Below, piece by piece: positions 40,509 to 51,228 of a stretch of 64,000 nucleotides of DNA. The stretch's first letter is position 1; every line of letters begins with the position of its first letter. A program made the position numbers and the translations under genes. The stretch is from Alphaproteobacteria bacterium (GTDB taxonomy: Bacteria > Pseudomonadota > Alphaproteobacteria > GCA-2731375). Below the pieces are notes generated by a model. It saw only the letters and a list, made by a program, of their open reading frames with translations. It ran no database searches and was not told the DNA's origin. The stretch covers positions 224,001-288,000 of the forward strand of contig CBDDBZ010000035.1 of the NCBI GenBank assembly GCA_965225945.1. Direction: 5' to 3'.

Positions 40509-40940
40509 ATGAGCGAAGATGATGCGGTCATCGTCCACATGGCGCCGGCCTTTTTCCGCCGGACCTACGACGAGGCCTTTCGCCTGGTGCTGGAGACGCG
40601 ACACTATCTCTGTGAGCGCGGCAACAACGACGCGCGCGGCCTCGACGTGCCGGCGGCGCTCGCCTACAGCGTCGAGAGCATGCGGCTCACCGCACGACTG
40701 ACCCACATCATGGCCTGGTTGCTCGCCGTCCGCGCGCATCACGAAGGCGAACTCGACGCCGAGGCGCTGGCCGATCCCCGCTGGCGCCTCGCCGGACACG
40801 AGGTCTGCCTCGATGCGGCAGCCGGCGAGGGGGACGATATGCCGCGCCCGCTCGCCGAGCTCTTGCAGCGGAGCGAGACCCTCTATCGCCGGATCGATCG
40901 GCTCGACCGCATGATGGCGGGGGCGGCGGCGACCGGTTGA
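40509..40940 (+). CDS. DUF1465 family protein (RcdA-like protease adaptor)
   Basis: TYDEAF.LV.ETR.YL, ESMRLTARL..IMAWLL, LY.RIDRLD. Confidence 0.8.
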   Translation: MSEDDAVIVHMAPAFFRRTYDEAFRLVLETRHYLCERGNNDARGLDVPAALAYSVESMRLTARLTHIMAWLLAVRAHHEGELDAEALADPRWRLAGHEVCLDAAAGEGDDMPRPLAELLQRSETLYRRIDRLDRMMAGAAATG

Positions 40941-41136
40941 CGACGGTGGGCCAAAGGCCCTTCGCGATCGCGCGGCCGCGAACCCCTGGTCGATGCGAGT
41001 CGCCGCTTCATGCGCAACCATCTCGACCTCGACGAAGCGGAGACGACCTCGCGCTTGCTCCGGGCCGAGAGTTGATCGCGCCTTGCCAAGGCCGGCGGCG
41101 GCGGCTACCTGATGGGGGAGCGGCGGAGGAAGCGGA

Positions 41137-42018
41137 ATGACTGAAGCGCGCCATGCCCGGCTGGCGGATCGGGCGATCCTGAGGCTCGCCGGTGGCGAGG
41201 TCCGAACCTTCCTGCAAGCTCTCGTCTCCAACGACGTCGAGCGTCTCGCGGGGAACCGCGCGATCTATGCCGCCTTGCTGACGCCGCAAGGCAAGTATCT
41301 CTTCGATTTCTTCCTCGGCCAGGCCGAGGGCGGCATTCTGCTGGACGGCGAGGCCTCGCGCCTTCCCGCGCTCGCCAAGCGGCTGGCCATGTATCGGCTC
41401 CGCGCCGATGTCGAGATCGAGACCGACGACAAGCTCGCCGTCCACGTCGGCTTCGGGCCGGGCGCGGCGGCGGCTCTGGGGTTGGCCGAGACGGCCGGCG
41501 CGGCCCGGCCGCTCGACGGCGGCGTCGTCTTCGTCGATTGCCGCGACCCGGCGGCCGGTGTCCGCGTGTTGGCGCCGGCCGACGTCGCGGCGGCGACGCT
41601 GGAGGCGGCGGGCCTGAGAGCGAGCGGGCCCGAGGATTACGATCGCCACCGCCTCGCCCTGGCGCTGCCCGACGGCAGCCGCGATCTGGAGGTCGAACGT
41701 TCGACCCTGCTGGAAGCCGACTTCGAGCGCCTGAACGGTGTCGATTTCCACAAGGGCTGCTACGTCGGCCAGGAGGTGACGGCCCGCACCAAGCATCGCG
41801 GTAAGTTGCGCAAGCGCCTGCTGGCGGTGGCGATCGAGGGCCCGCTGCCGGCGCCGGGCACGCCGATCCTGGCCGCGGGGCGGGAGGTGGGCGTCATCCG
41901 CTCCGGCCGCGACGAGCGGGCCTTGGCGCTGCTGCGCCTCGACGCGGTGGCGGATGACGCGCCGCCGATGACCGCCGCCCAGAGCCGGGTGCGGGCCACG
42001 GGCGCGGCGCCGCGATGA
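41137..42018 (+). CDS. ygfZ: Folate-binding protein YgfZ
   Basis: LLTPQGK, KGCYVGQE signature. Confidence 0.92.
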   Translation: MTEARHARLADRAILRLAGGEVRTFLQALVSNDVERLAGNRAIYAALLTPQGKYLFDFFLGQAEGGILLDGEASRLPALAKRLAMYRLRADVEIETDDKLAVHVGFGPGAAAALGLAETAGAARPLDGGVVFVDCRDPAAGVRVLAPADVAAATLEAAGLRASGPEDYDRHRLALALPDGSRDLEVERSTLLEADFERLNGVDFHKGCYVGQEVTARTKHRGKLRKRLLAVAIEGPLPAPGTPILAAGREVGVIRSGRDERALALLRLDAVADDAPPMTAAQSRVRATGAAPR

Positions 42019-42611
42019 CGCGAGCGGACGGCCGCTGCGGCTGGTGCGGGGAGGATCCGCTCTACGTCGACTATCACGACACCGAGTGGGGCGTGGCGGA
42101 GTGGGACCACCGCGCGCTATTCGAGAAGCTGCTGCTGGACGGTTTCCAGGCCGGCCTCTCCTGGATCACGATTCTGCGCAAGCGAGAAAACTTCCGCGCC
42201 GCCTTCGACGGCTTCGTGCCCGAGGTGATGGTCCGCTACGACGCGGCCAAGCTGGCCTCGCTGATGGCCGACGCCGGCATCGTCCGCAACCGCCAGAAGA
42301 TCCAGGCGAGCCTCGACAACGCGCGGGCCTGGCTCGCCATCATGGAACGCGACGGCGGCTTCCGCGATTATCTGTGGCGCTTCGTCGACGGCCGGCCTCG
42401 GGTCAACCACTGGCGCTCGCTCGCCGAGGTGCCGGCGGAGACGGCGGAAAGCCGGGCGCTCTCCAAGGCGCTGAAAGGCGAAGGCTTCCGATTTTGCGGG
42501 CCGACCATCTGTTATGCGGTGATGCAGGCGACGGGGATGGTGAACGATCACCTGACCGGCTGCTTCCGCCACGCCGCGGTCCAGGCGCCGGCCGAGACGG
42601 AAAGGCCCTGA
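42015..42611 (+). CDS. tag: DNA-3-methyladenine glycosylase I
   Basis: RCGW, YHDTEWG, QAGLSW.TIL.KR, GMVNDH. Confidence 0.95.
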   Translation: MTRADGRCGWCGEDPLYVDYHDTEWGVAEWDHRALFEKLLLDGFQAGLSWITILRKRENFRAAFDGFVPEVMVRYDAAKLASLMADAGIVRNRQKIQASLDNARAWLAIMERDGGFRDYLWRFVDGRPRVNHWRSLAEVPAETAESRALSKALKGEGFRFCGPTICYAVMQATGMVNDHLTGCFRHAAVQAPAETERP

Positions 42612-42617
42612 GGCGCC

Positions 42618-42953
42618 GTGGAAGCCCGGCTGAAGGCGGAGCTCTGGATCAAGGCCCACATCCGCCGGGTCGAGATCGAGGGCGCCATCGCCATGGTCGC
42701 CAGGCGTGGCGACGCGATGTCGGGCTCGGTCCTGGTCAAGCTCAACAATCTGGATGGCACGGCCCAGGTGCTGGCGCCGGCGCCGAACGCGGAGAAGGGC
42801 CGGGTCTGGCTTCGCGCCACCGGCCCGGCGCCGGTGGCCGACGGCGAGGCCGAGGCCTTCATCGAGCGCCAGCTCCGCTTCGATCCGGATCTCTGGGTGT
42901 TGGAGATCGAAGACCGCGAGGGCCGCCACTTTCTCGACGATCCGGTCGAGTGA
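42618..42953 (+). CDS. DUF1491 family protein
   Basis: RLKAELW, RRGD..SG.VLVK, FDPDLWVLEIEDREGR. Confidence 0.85.
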   Translation: MEARLKAELWIKAHIRRVEIEGAIAMVARRGDAMSGSVLVKLNNLDGTAQVLAPAPNAEKGRVWLRATGPAPVADGEAEAFIERQLRFDPDLWVLEIEDREGRHFLDDPVE

Positions 42954-43775
42954 TCAGGCGGCCGGGTCGGCCCTGGCCCAACTCCGGAGCACCGCTTCGC
43001 TCCCGGCATCGGCGGGGAAGAAGTTCTCGATGCGGATCTCCTGCGCGGTGACGTCCATGGGCGTGCCGAGGGTGGCGATCGTGGTGAACAGGTTCAGCAC
43101 CGTGCCGCCCTTGGCGAAGGCGATGGTCAGCACCGGGGCTTGGTCCGGCGTCAGCTCGGAAAGCTCGGCCGGGCCCGGCACGTCGGGATAGGCGAGGACA
43201 CGCTCCAACAGCGCCGCCGTCTCCGCCGCGCCGTCGCCCGAGGCCTCGCTCCGCAGGTAGCCGACGAAGCCGAGCGCGACCTCCCGCCAATTTACGATGA
43301 GCGGGCGGAGCTGGTCGGGGGCGAGCACCGCGTCCACCAGGTTGACCTCGGGCGGGGTCGGGCTCGCCTCGGGCGCGCCGCCGGCGAGGAAGGCGAAGAG
43401 TCGCCCCGCCGCCCGGTTGACGCGGAGCAGGTTCCAGCATCGGTCGACCACGATCGCCGGATAGGGCTCCTGCCGGTCGAGCATGTGGTCGAGGGCGCGA
43501 TCGACGACGGCAAGCGCGTCGGTCCCGAGTCGTCCCTCCCGCCACAAGGGCGCGAAGCCCGCCGCCAGCAGCAACTGGTTCCGCTCGCGAAAGCGGAGGT
43601 CGAGGGCGGCGGCGAGGCGCAGCACCATGGCACGACTCGGCCGGGAGCGGTCGAGTTCCAGGAAGCTCAGGTGGCGTTGCGAGATCTCGGTCAGATGCGC
43701 CAGCGCCAGCTGCGAATGCCCGCGCCGCGCCCGCCACCAGCGGAGCCGCCGGGCGAAATCCGTCTTTTCGTCCAT
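42954..43775 (-). CDS. Xre HTH / MmyB-like transcriptional regulator
   Basis: SQLALA...SQRHLSFLE; EPYPAIVVDR; TIATLGTP.DVTAQE.RIE.FFPAD. Confidence 0.88.
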   Translation of the reverse strand: MDEKTDFARRLRWWRARRGHSQLALAHLTEISQRHLSFLELDRSRPSRAMVLRLAAALDLRFRERNQLLLAAGFAPLWREGRLGTDALAVVDRALDHMLDRQEPYPAIVVDRCWNLLRVNRAAGRLFAFLAGGAPEASPTPPEVNLVDAVLAPDQLRPLIVNWREVALGFVGYLRSEASGDGAAETAALLERVLAYPDVPGPAELSELTPDQAPVLTIAFAKGGTVLNLFTTIATLGTPMDVTAQEIRIENFFPADAGSEAVLRSWARADPAA

Positions 43776-43868
43776 GGCATTACCTCCGAGGTAGTTGCAA
43801 CGATGACCACCCCGGAGGATATCATCCACCCCGCCACCACGGCGAACGCGACCCGCAAGGAGAACGAC

Positions 43869-44276
43869 ATGGACCTGCTCGCGCGGCTGAACGACGACCT
43901 CCTGCCCTTCGCCAAGCTGCTCGGCATGCGCTTCGTCGCCGCCGAGCTCGACCGCCTGGTCGCCGAGCTGGAGATCCGCGACGAGCTCTGCACCCGGCCC
44001 GCCGTGGCCCATGGCGGGCTCCTCATGGCCTTCGCCGACACCCTGGGCGGCACGGCGACCGCGCTCAACCTGCCGGAGGGCGCGGGCACCACGACACTCG
44101 AGAGCAAGACCAACTTCCTCGCCGCGGTTCCAGTCGGCACGCTGATCGTCGGCGAGACGACGCCGGTGCACCGGGGTCGCACCACGATGGTCTGGCAGAC
44201 TCGGATCAACGCCGATTCGGGCCGCCTCGCCGCCCTCGTGACCCAGACCCAGCTCGTCCTCGCGCCCCGCGCTTGA
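43869..44276 (+). CDS. PaaI-family thioesterase
   Basis: HGG..MAFAD, TTLESKTNF, HRGRTT.VW. Confidence 0.88.
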   Translation: MDLLARLNDDLLPFAKLLGMRFVAAELDRLVAELEIRDELCTRPAVAHGGLLMAFADTLGGTATALNLPEGAGTTTLESKTNFLAAVPVGTLIVGETTPVHRGRTTMVWQTRINADSGRLAALVTQTQLVLAPRA

Positions 44277-44344
44277 GCCCGCAACCGGCGACCCCGGGCG
44301 CCACGGAGAGTCGCCGGCTGGGGCGATCAGGTCATCCAGAGGCC

Positions 44345-44428
44345 GGCGGCGATGTTGATCCCGTCGTTGTAGAGGCCCCCCGGGTTCGGCCCGTAGCGCG
44401 AAATCACCCGGCCCCGGACCGGCCAGGC
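44345..44428 (-). pseudogene. Isolated fragment of an M23/NlpD-like peptidase domain
   Basis: AWPVRGRVISRYGPNPGGLYNDGINIAA with no flanking continuation. Confidence 0.6.
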
Positions 44429-44500
44429 GGGCGCAAACACTCGCGCTCGCCGCCGCTCGGCGCTACGCTCGGCCACGGCGTGGCGGGGAAGGAAACAGCG

Positions 44501-45676
44501 ATGGGAACGACCCACGACATCGTCATCGTCGGCGGTGCCCTGGTCGGCTCCAGCACGGCCTACCATCTGGTGGTGCGCGATTCCGCCCTCGACGTCGTGG
44601 TGGTCGAGCGCGACCCGAGCTACGAGTTCGCCGCGACCGGTCGCTCCTTCGGCGGCGTCAGGGTGCTGTTCTCCCAGGAGGAGAACATTTGGATGTCGCT
44701 TTACGGCCACGAGTTCTATGGCGACTTCGCCGCCCGGACGGCGGTGCACGGCGCGGAGACGGCGCTCGATTTTCGCCATCAGGGCTATCTCTTCCTCGCC
44801 CTGAACCGGGAGGAAGCGCGGATCATCGAGCTCAACCTCGAGGTCCAGCGCGGCCTCGGCTGCGAGGTCGAGATGCTGGACGCGGCCGGGCTCGCCCAGC
44901 GCTATCCCTCGATGACCACCGAGGATGTCCTCCTCGCGGTGCTGACGCCCAACGACGGCTGGATCGATCCGCACGGCGCGCTGATGGGCTTTCGGGCCAA
45001 GGCGCGAAGTCTGGGTGCCCGCTACGTCCACGGCGAGGTGTTCGAGATCGAGCACGATTCCACGGCCGCGCGGGCGGTCCTGCTGGCCGACGGCACGCGG
45101 CTCGCCGCGCGATGGGTCATCGACACGGCGGGCGCCTGGGCCGGCGAGATCGCCGCCATGGTGGGGATGGATATTCCCATGGTGCCGCTCGCGCGCACGA
45201 ACTTTCATTTCGAGACCCGCGAAAGCCTGGAACCGCTGCCGCTGTTCCGCGACCTGCCCGGTGTCGGCGCCCGCCCGGAAGGCAGCGGCTATATCACCGG
45301 CTACACCGATTTCGCCAACGCCGGCCGGTTCGACTTCGAGCCGCGCCACGAGGTCTTCGAGAGCCTGCTCTGGCCCAGCGTGGCCCGGCGCGTCAAGGCC
45401 TTCGAGGCGGTGAAGGTGACCAACGCCTGGGTCGGCCACTACGCCTACAATCATTTCGACGGTAATTTGGTGATCGGGGCTTGGCGCGAGGGTTGCGAGA
45501 ATTTTATCGTCGCCACCGGCTTTTCCGGCCACGGCTTGCAACACGCGCCGGCGGTCGGGCGGGCGCTCGCCGAGCTGGTAATCGACGGCGAATACCGCGC
45601 CATCGACCTCACGCGCTTCGATTATCAGCGCATCCTCGACGACCGGCCGGAACCCGAGCGCGGGATGAAGGCCTGA
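44501..45676 (+). CDS. FAD-dependent oxidoreductase (DAO/sarcosine oxidase beta-like)
   Basis: IVGGALVG, GWIDP, GAWA, GFSGHGLQHAPAVG. Confidence 0.88.
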   Translation: MGTTHDIVIVGGALVGSSTAYHLVVRDSALDVVVVERDPSYEFAATGRSFGGVRVLFSQEENIWMSLYGHEFYGDFAARTAVHGAETALDFRHQGYLFLALNREEARIIELNLEVQRGLGCEVEMLDAAGLAQRYPSMTTEDVLLAVLTPNDGWIDPHGALMGFRAKARSLGARYVHGEVFEIEHDSTAARAVLLADGTRLAARWVIDTAGAWAGEIAAMVGMDIPMVPLARTNFHFETRESLEPLPLFRDLPGVGARPEGSGYITGYTDFANAGRFDFEPRHEVFESLLWPSVARRVKAFEAVKVTNAWVGHYAYNHFDGNLVIGAWREGCENFIVATGFSGHGLQHAPAVGRALAELVIDGEYRAIDLTRFDYQRILDDRPEPERGMKA

Positions 45677-45708
45677 TGGAGAGCGACAAATTGGGGAGTT
45701 TGCCCTGA

Positions 45709-46911
45709 ATGTTCACCCCCGCCGAACGCATGGGGCGGTTTCGCCCGTCCGCCAGCACGAGCGCCGCCGAGCATGCCCGCGCCCTCAAGGCCGAGGGACG
45801 CGACATCATCGACCTCTCGCAGGGCGAGCCCGACTTCCCGACGCCCGAGAACGTCAAGCGCGCGGCACTGGCGGCGATGAGCGCGGACCAGACCCACTAC
45901 ACCAACGTCGCGGGAACGCCGGCGCTGCTCGCGGCAATCGCGCACAAGCTGAAACGCGACAACGATCTGGAGTACGCGGCGGAGGAAATCATCGCGTCCA
46001 CCGGCGGCAAGCAGGCGATGTTCAACGCTTTCGCCGCCACCCTCGGCGCCGGCGACGAGGTCGTCGTGCCTCTGCCCTACTGGATCAGCTACCCCAACCT
46101 GGTGCTGCTGTCGGATGCGACGCCGGTCTTCGTCGAGGGGCGGGCCGAGAACGGCTACAAGCCCGCGCCGGAGGACCTGGCGGCGGCGGTGGGACCCCGG
46201 ACCCGGTGGCTGGTGCTGAATTCGCCCTGCAATCCGACCGGCGCGGTGTTCGATTCCGCCGAGCTCGAGGCGCTGGCCGAGATGCTGTTCGCCCACCCCG
46301 AGGTCTGGATCATGGCGGACGAGATCTACGAGCACCTAATTTACGGCACGGCCGAGCATGTCTCGATCCTGCAAGTGGCGCCCGGCCTTCGCGACCGCAC
46401 GCTGATCGTCAACGGGGTGTCCAAGGCCTATGCGATGACCGGCTGGCGGCTCGGCTTCGCGGCCGGACCAGCAGCCCTGATCGCCGCCATGACCAAGATC
46501 CAATCGCAGGTCACGGGCTGCCCCTCGTCGATCGCGCAAGCCGCGGCCGCCGAGGCGCTGGCCGGACCGCAAGAGGTGTTGGCGGAACGCCGCCGGATCA
46601 TGGCGGCGCGCCGCGATTCGATCCTGAGGGCGTTGAACCAGGTCGAGGGCCTGCGCGCGTCACGGCCCGACGGTGCGATGTATCTGTTTTGTGATTGCCG
46701 CGGGCTGCTCGGCCGCCGCCCGCCCGAGGGCTTGGCCCTGGCCGACGACCAGGCCGTCGTCGGCTATCTGCTGGAGGCGGCGGGCGTCGCCCTGGTGCCC
46801 GGCAGCGCCTACGGAATGGCGGGGCATTTCCGGCTCAGTTTCGCCGCCGACGAAACCGTGCTGGAGGCGGCGGGCCGGCGCCTCCACGCCGCCTGCGACA
46901 AACTGTCCTAA
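45709..46911 (+). CDS. Aspartate aminotransferase-like, class I/II PLP enzyme
   Basis: GEPDFPTP, NSPCNPTG, DEIY, SKAYAMTGWRLG. Confidence 0.92.
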   Translation: MFTPAERMGRFRPSASTSAAEHARALKAEGRDIIDLSQGEPDFPTPENVKRAALAAMSADQTHYTNVAGTPALLAAIAHKLKRDNDLEYAAEEIIASTGGKQAMFNAFAATLGAGDEVVVPLPYWISYPNLVLLSDATPVFVEGRAENGYKPAPEDLAAAVGPRTRWLVLNSPCNPTGAVFDSAELEALAEMLFAHPEVWIMADEIYEHLIYGTAEHVSILQVAPGLRDRTLIVNGVSKAYAMTGWRLGFAAGPAALIAAMTKIQSQVTGCPSSIAQAAAAEALAGPQEVLAERRRIMAARRDSILRALNQVEGLRASRPDGAMYLFCDCRGLLGRRPPEGLALADDQAVVGYLLEAAGVALVPGSAYGMAGHFRLSFAADETVLEAAGRRLHAACDKLS

Positions 46912-46932
46912 CGCGCGGAATTCTCGGGCTCG

Positions 46933-46999
46933 AGAGCAATATCCGAACGGATTGAACCACAGCGGTTCAATCCGTTCGGATTAAATTGCTCTCTTCTTC
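46933..46999. repeat. Left hairpin of a bipartite AGAGCA repeat, split by IS4
   Basis: agagcaatatccgaacggattgaacc...ggttcaatccgttcggattaaattgctct; homologous to 62631-62690. Confidence 0.8.
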
Positions 47000-47573
47000 C
47001 ATGGTACACGACGGCATTTACGTAGGACGTTGAAAAGGTTGTAGGATTCCCGATTCACTCCACGACGAGTCAAGAGGGAAATCATGCGAGACAACCCGAT
47101 CAACGCCCTGCGTGAGACGCTACGATGCGGCTTCGCCTTTCGCAAGAGCCGTCTGGAGAGCCTTTGCGTCTTGGTCTTCGGCGTGTTCGTCGCCCGGACG
47201 GTGAACCTCTCTCACTTGGCCTGCCACTTTCCGGGGCGCGCGCGATCCAGCTCCAACTATCGGCGCCTGCAACGGTTTTTCGAGCAAGTCGATTTCGATT
47301 ACGATCGCCTCGCCGAGTTCCTGGTCGCGATGATGGGGCTCCAGGCGGGGCCGTGGCGGCTGACCATGGACCGGACCAACTGGCGGCTGGGTCGCCGCGA
47401 CGTCAACATCTTGATGATCGGCATCGTCAACCGCGCCATCGCCATTCCCGTGTGTGGAACGGCGTGCAAAGTTGACCCCTGTTGAGGGGTGATCGGCGTC
47501 CAAATTTTGAGTCGGACCCGATTTCCTTGGACACAGAATTGGTTTAATCGAAGTGTCCAAGGAGGACCGGAAC

Positions 47574-47984
47574 ATGACCGACAATTTTGAGAACAAAGTT
47601 GCTGTTGATGGGCCTGTGGTAAACGAGGGCGAGCTTGGCTCGTCCACGTTTTCCCCGGGCCAGGTTTCGCCGGCAGGCCCGCTGGGACTTGGCCAGCGGT
47701 GGACGGTGACGCGCAAGCGTGAGGTTGCCCTGCGGCTTTTGCGTGGCGAGCCGGTGGAACTTTTGTCGCGGCAGTTGGGCGTGGAGATTTTCCGGCTCGA
47801 GCAGTGGCGTGAGAAGGCGATCGCCGGGATCGATGCCTCGCTCAAGGAACGCAAGGGCGATCCGGTAAAGGCGGAACTGGACATCGCCATGAAGCGGATC
47901 GGGGAGTTGATCATGCAGGTGGAACTGCTGGAGGCCAAGACGGAGACGTCCGGCCCTTTGGGGCGGCGGAGGTCGCGGCGATGA
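47574..47984 (+). CDS. IS3-like transposase OrfA
   Basis: Protein identical to 36789-37199. Confidence 0.88.
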   Translation: MTDNFENKVAVDGPVVNEGELGSSTFSPGQVSPAGPLGLGQRWTVTRKREVALRLLRGEPVELLSRQLGVEIFRLEQWREKAIAGIDASLKERKGDPVKAELDIAMKRIGELIMQVELLEAKTETSGPLGRRRSRR

Positions 47985-48892
47985 GTGCCGCCACCTCTCC
48001 CGGCACGGGTTTGGCCTACGGCCTCCAGCGGGTCTGTGCGGCCTGGGGTTTTGCCCGTTCCTCGTTCTACGCCATGAAATCCCGGCAGCAGGCCACCGCT
48101 GAGCGCCCACCAGCAAAGCGCCGGGGACCGAAGCCCTCGATCTCGGACGAGGCTCTGCTGGTGGCCATCGAGGCCGACCTGGAGGCATCCCCCTGGGAGG
48201 GCGAGGGACACCGCAAGGTCTGGGCTCGGCTTCGGGTCTGTCGTGGCATCCGTGTTTCCCGCAAGCGGGTGCTCCGGGTGATGCGCGAGAACAACCTGCT
48301 CTCGCCCCATCGCTGCCGCCGCCGTGGCGGAAATCCCCATGTCGGTGAGATCATCACCCATGCCCCCAACCTCATGTGGGGCACGGACGGCGTTCGGGTG
48401 TTCACGGTGGACGACGGCTGGGGCTGGATATTCACCGCCATCGAGCATTGGAACGCCGAGTGCGTCGGCTGGCATGTGTGCAAGCGAGGCGACCGCTTCG
48501 CCGCCCTTCAGCCGATCTCCATGGGGCTTGCGAGGCTGTATGCCTCGACCTCCGCCGGTGCGGCGCGGGGGCTGGCCTTGCGGATGGATCACGGCTCCCA
48601 GTATCTGTCGGACCACTTCACCAACCAGATCAAGTTCTGGGGCATCCAGCCGTCCTACGCCTTCGTCGAACAGCCCCAGACCAACGGCGTCGCCGAGAGG
48701 TTCAATCGCACGCTCAAGGAACAGATCATCCATGGCCGCATCTACCGCAACATCGCGGAGCTGCGGAACGCCGTCCGCGGGTTCGTCGAACAGTACAATG
48801 CCCAGTGGATCGTGGAGAAGAACGGCTACCTGAGCCCCGCTCAAGCTCGTCAGGCGTGGCACACCGCGATGTCACTCAGGCCCGCCGCATGA
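47981..48892 (+). CDS. IS3-like transposase OrfB
   Basis: Protein identical to 37196-38107. Confidence 0.92.
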   Translation: MSAATSPGTGLAYGLQRVCAAWGFARSSFYAMKSRQQATAERPPAKRRGPKPSISDEALLVAIEADLEASPWEGEGHRKVWARLRVCRGIRVSRKRVLRVMRENNLLSPHRCRRRGGNPHVGEIITHAPNLMWGTDGVRVFTVDDGWGWIFTAIEHWNAECVGWHVCKRGDRFAALQPISMGLARLYASTSAGAARGLALRMDHGSQYLSDHFTNQIKFWGIQPSYAFVEQPQTNGVAERFNRTLKEQIIHGRIYRNIAELRNAVRGFVEQYNAQWIVEKNGYLSPAQARQAWHTAMSLRPAA

Positions 48893-49001
48893 GACAAACT
48901 TGTGTCCAAGGAACCGGGTGCGATACACGGCGTCCAAATTTGACCCCCTGAGCCTGGCTAGTCCAAGTCACCTCGTTTTTGGGCGGACGAGGTGGTGGGG
49001 G

Positions 49002-50513
49002 ATGTTGGTCGTGGAGACGATAGCGCGGATCCGGCGGGAGTATTTCGTCAAGGGGAAGCCGATCAAGGAGATCGTGCGGGACGTGAAGGTCTCGGGCAAC
49101 ACGGTGCGCAAGGTGATCCGTTCGCAGGCGACGGCGTTCACCTACGACCGGCGGGTCCAGCCGATGCCGAAGCTGGGGCCGTGGACGGCCGAGCTGGAGC
49201 GGATGCTGGAGGCCAACGAGACCAAGTCGAAGCGGGAGCGGCTGACGCTGCTACGGATCTCCGAAGCCCTCGAGGGTCTGGGCTATGGCGGCGGCTACGA
49301 CGCGGTGCGGCGCTACGCCAAGGCGTGGCGGTGGCGCCGTTCGGCATCGACGGCGCAGACCTATGTGCCGTTGGTGTTCTCGCCGGGCGAGGCCTATCAG
49401 TTCGACTGGAGCCACGAGTACGTGGTGCTGGCGGGGGTGACGACCAAGGTCAAGGTCGCGCACGTCCGGCTGTGCCACAGCCGAATGTTCTTCGTCCGCG
49501 CTTATCCGCGCGAGAGCCAGGAGATGGTGTTCGACGCCCACGACCGGGCATTCCGGCTGTTCCAGGGTGCCTGCCGGCGAGGCATCTACGACAACATGAA
49601 GACGGCGGTGCAGACCGTCCTCATCGGCAAGGAGCGCGCGTTCAACCGGCGCTTCGTGCAGATGTGTGGCCACTACCTGGTCGAACCGACAGCATGCACG
49701 CCGGGAGCGGGATGGGAGAAGGGGCAGGTCGAGAACCAGGTCGGGATCATCCGCGGTCGGTTCTTCACCCCGCGGCTGCGCTTCAAGACCTACGACGAGC
49801 TCAACGCCTGGCTCTTGGACCAGTGCGTCGCCTACGCCCGGCGTCATCCCCACCCGGTGTTCAAGGACAGGACTGTCTGGCAGGTGTTCGAGGACGAGCG
49901 TCCGTCCCTGGTCGGCTATCGCGGGCCGTTCGACGGCTTCCACGCGGTCCCGGCGTCGGTGTCGAAGACCTGCCTGGTGCGCTTCGACAGCAACAAGTAC
50001 AGCGTGGCGGCGCGCGCCGTCGGCCGTCCGGTCGAGGTCCATGCCTACGCCGATCGCATCGTCATCCGCCAGGACGGCGAGATCGTCGCCGAGCATGCCC
50101 GGCGCTTCGGCCGCGACCAGACCGTCTATGACCCGTGGCACTACGTGCCCGTGCTGGCGAGGAAGCCCGGTGCGCTTCGTAACGGCGCGCCGTTCAAGGA
50201 CTGGGCGCTGCCCGGCGCCCTGGGTCGCGTGCGCGTCCGGCTCGCCGGCCACGACGACGGCGACAGGCAGATGGTCGAGATCCTCACCGCCGTGCTGGCG
50301 GATGGGCTGGCGGCGGTGGAGGCCGCCTGTGCCGAGGCGCTCGCTGGCGGCGTGTGCAGCGCCGACGTCGTGCTCAACATCCTCAATCGTCGGCGCCAGC
50401 CGTCCGAGACGGCGCCGATCCCGACGCCCGCGAACCTGCGTCTTCGCTTTGAGCCGGTGGCCGATTGCACCCGCTACGACCGCTTGAGGGGGGTCGGCCA
50501 TGGAGCGCCATGA
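49002..50513 (+). CDS. istA: IS21 transposase
   Basis: Same as copy 1 except VSGN/VSRN and VIRS/VICS. Confidence 0.95.
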   Translation: MLVVETIARIRREYFVKGKPIKEIVRDVKVSGNTVRKVIRSQATAFTYDRRVQPMPKLGPWTAELERMLEANETKSKRERLTLLRISEALEGLGYGGGYDAVRRYAKAWRWRRSASTAQTYVPLVFSPGEAYQFDWSHEYVVLAGVTTKVKVAHVRLCHSRMFFVRAYPRESQEMVFDAHDRAFRLFQGACRRGIYDNMKTAVQTVLIGKERAFNRRFVQMCGHYLVEPTACTPGAGWEKGQVENQVGIIRGRFFTPRLRFKTYDELNAWLLDQCVAYARRHPHPVFKDRTVWQVFEDERPSLVGYRGPFDGFHAVPASVSKTCLVRFDSNKYSVAARAVGRPVEVHAYADRIVIRQDGEIVAEHARRFGRDQTVYDPWHYVPVLARKPGALRNGAPFKDWALPGALGRVRVRLAGHDDGDRQMVEILTAVLADGLAAVEAACAEALAGGVCSADVVLNILNRRRQPSETAPIPTPANLRLRFEPVADCTRYDRLRGVGHGAP

Positions 50514-51228
50514 GGTCCTGGAGATGATGGCCGCACTCAAGCTCGCCGGCATGCGCGACGCGTTCGACGAGGTGCTCGCCGACGGCCTCAAGCGCCAGCA
50601 TCCGATGCAGCGAATCATCGGCGAGCTGTTGAAGGCCGAGATCGCCGACAAGCAGGCGCGATCCATCAAGTACCAGATGAGTGGCGCCAAGCTGCCGCTG
50701 GCCAAGGAGCTGGCCGACTTCGACTTCACCGACACCCCGGTCAACGAGCCGCTGGTCCGCGAGTTGGCGGTCGGCGGCTTCCTGGCCAACCAGCGCAACG
50801 CCGTGCTGATCGGCGGCACCGGCACCGGCAAGAGCCATCTCGCCGTCGCCATCGCGCGGGCCTGCATCCGCGATGGCGCCCGGGGCCGCTTCTTCAACGT
50901 CGTCGACCTGGTCAACCGGCTCGAGGCCGAAGCCCGCGCCGGCCGCCAGGGCCGGCTCGCCGATCAGCTGGCCCGGCGCGACCTCGTCATCCTCGACGAG
51001 CTCGGCTACCTGCCCTTCGCCCAAACCGGAGGCCAGCTGCTGTTCCACCTCGTCAGCCGGCTCTACGAGCGCACCTCGATCATCGTCACCACCAACCTGA
51101 CCTTCGGCGAATGGCCGTCCGTCTTCGGCGACGCCAAGATGACCACCGCGCTCCTCGATCGTCTGACGCACCACTGCGAGATCATCGAGACCGGAAACGA
51201 CTCCTGGCGCTTCAAGAATCGGTCCTAA
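50500..51228 (+). CDS. istB: IS21 helper ATPase
   Basis: Protein identical to copy 1. Confidence 0.95.
   Translation: MERHEVLEMMAALKLAGMRDAFDEVLADGLKRQHPMQRIIGELLKAEIADKQARSIKYQMSGAKLPLAKELADFDFTDTPVNEPLVRELAVGGFLANQRNAVLIGGTGTGKSHLAVAIARACIRDGARGRFFNVVDLVNRLEAEARAGRQGRLADQLARRDLVILDELGYLPFAQTGGQLLFHLVSRLYERTSIIVTTNLTFGEWPSVFGDAKMTTALLDRLTHHCEIIETGNDSWRFKNRS

Larger units (their letters stand above)
47508..48927 (+). mobile_element. IS3-like element, copy 2 (1420 bp), 14-bp TSD
   Basis: CGGCGTCCAAATTT at 47494-47507 and 48928-48941; the empty site is present in IS21 copy 1. Confidence 0.95.

Noticed and set aside
36723-48927. Composite transposon bounded by the two direct IS3-like copies
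   Set aside because: Each copy has its own distinct 14-bp TSD, so they are independent insertions around housekeeping genes.
48900-49001. N-terminally extended IstA (537 aa)
   Set aside because: The extension reads through the IS3 right end and the IS21 IR; the true start matches copy 1 (ATG 49002).
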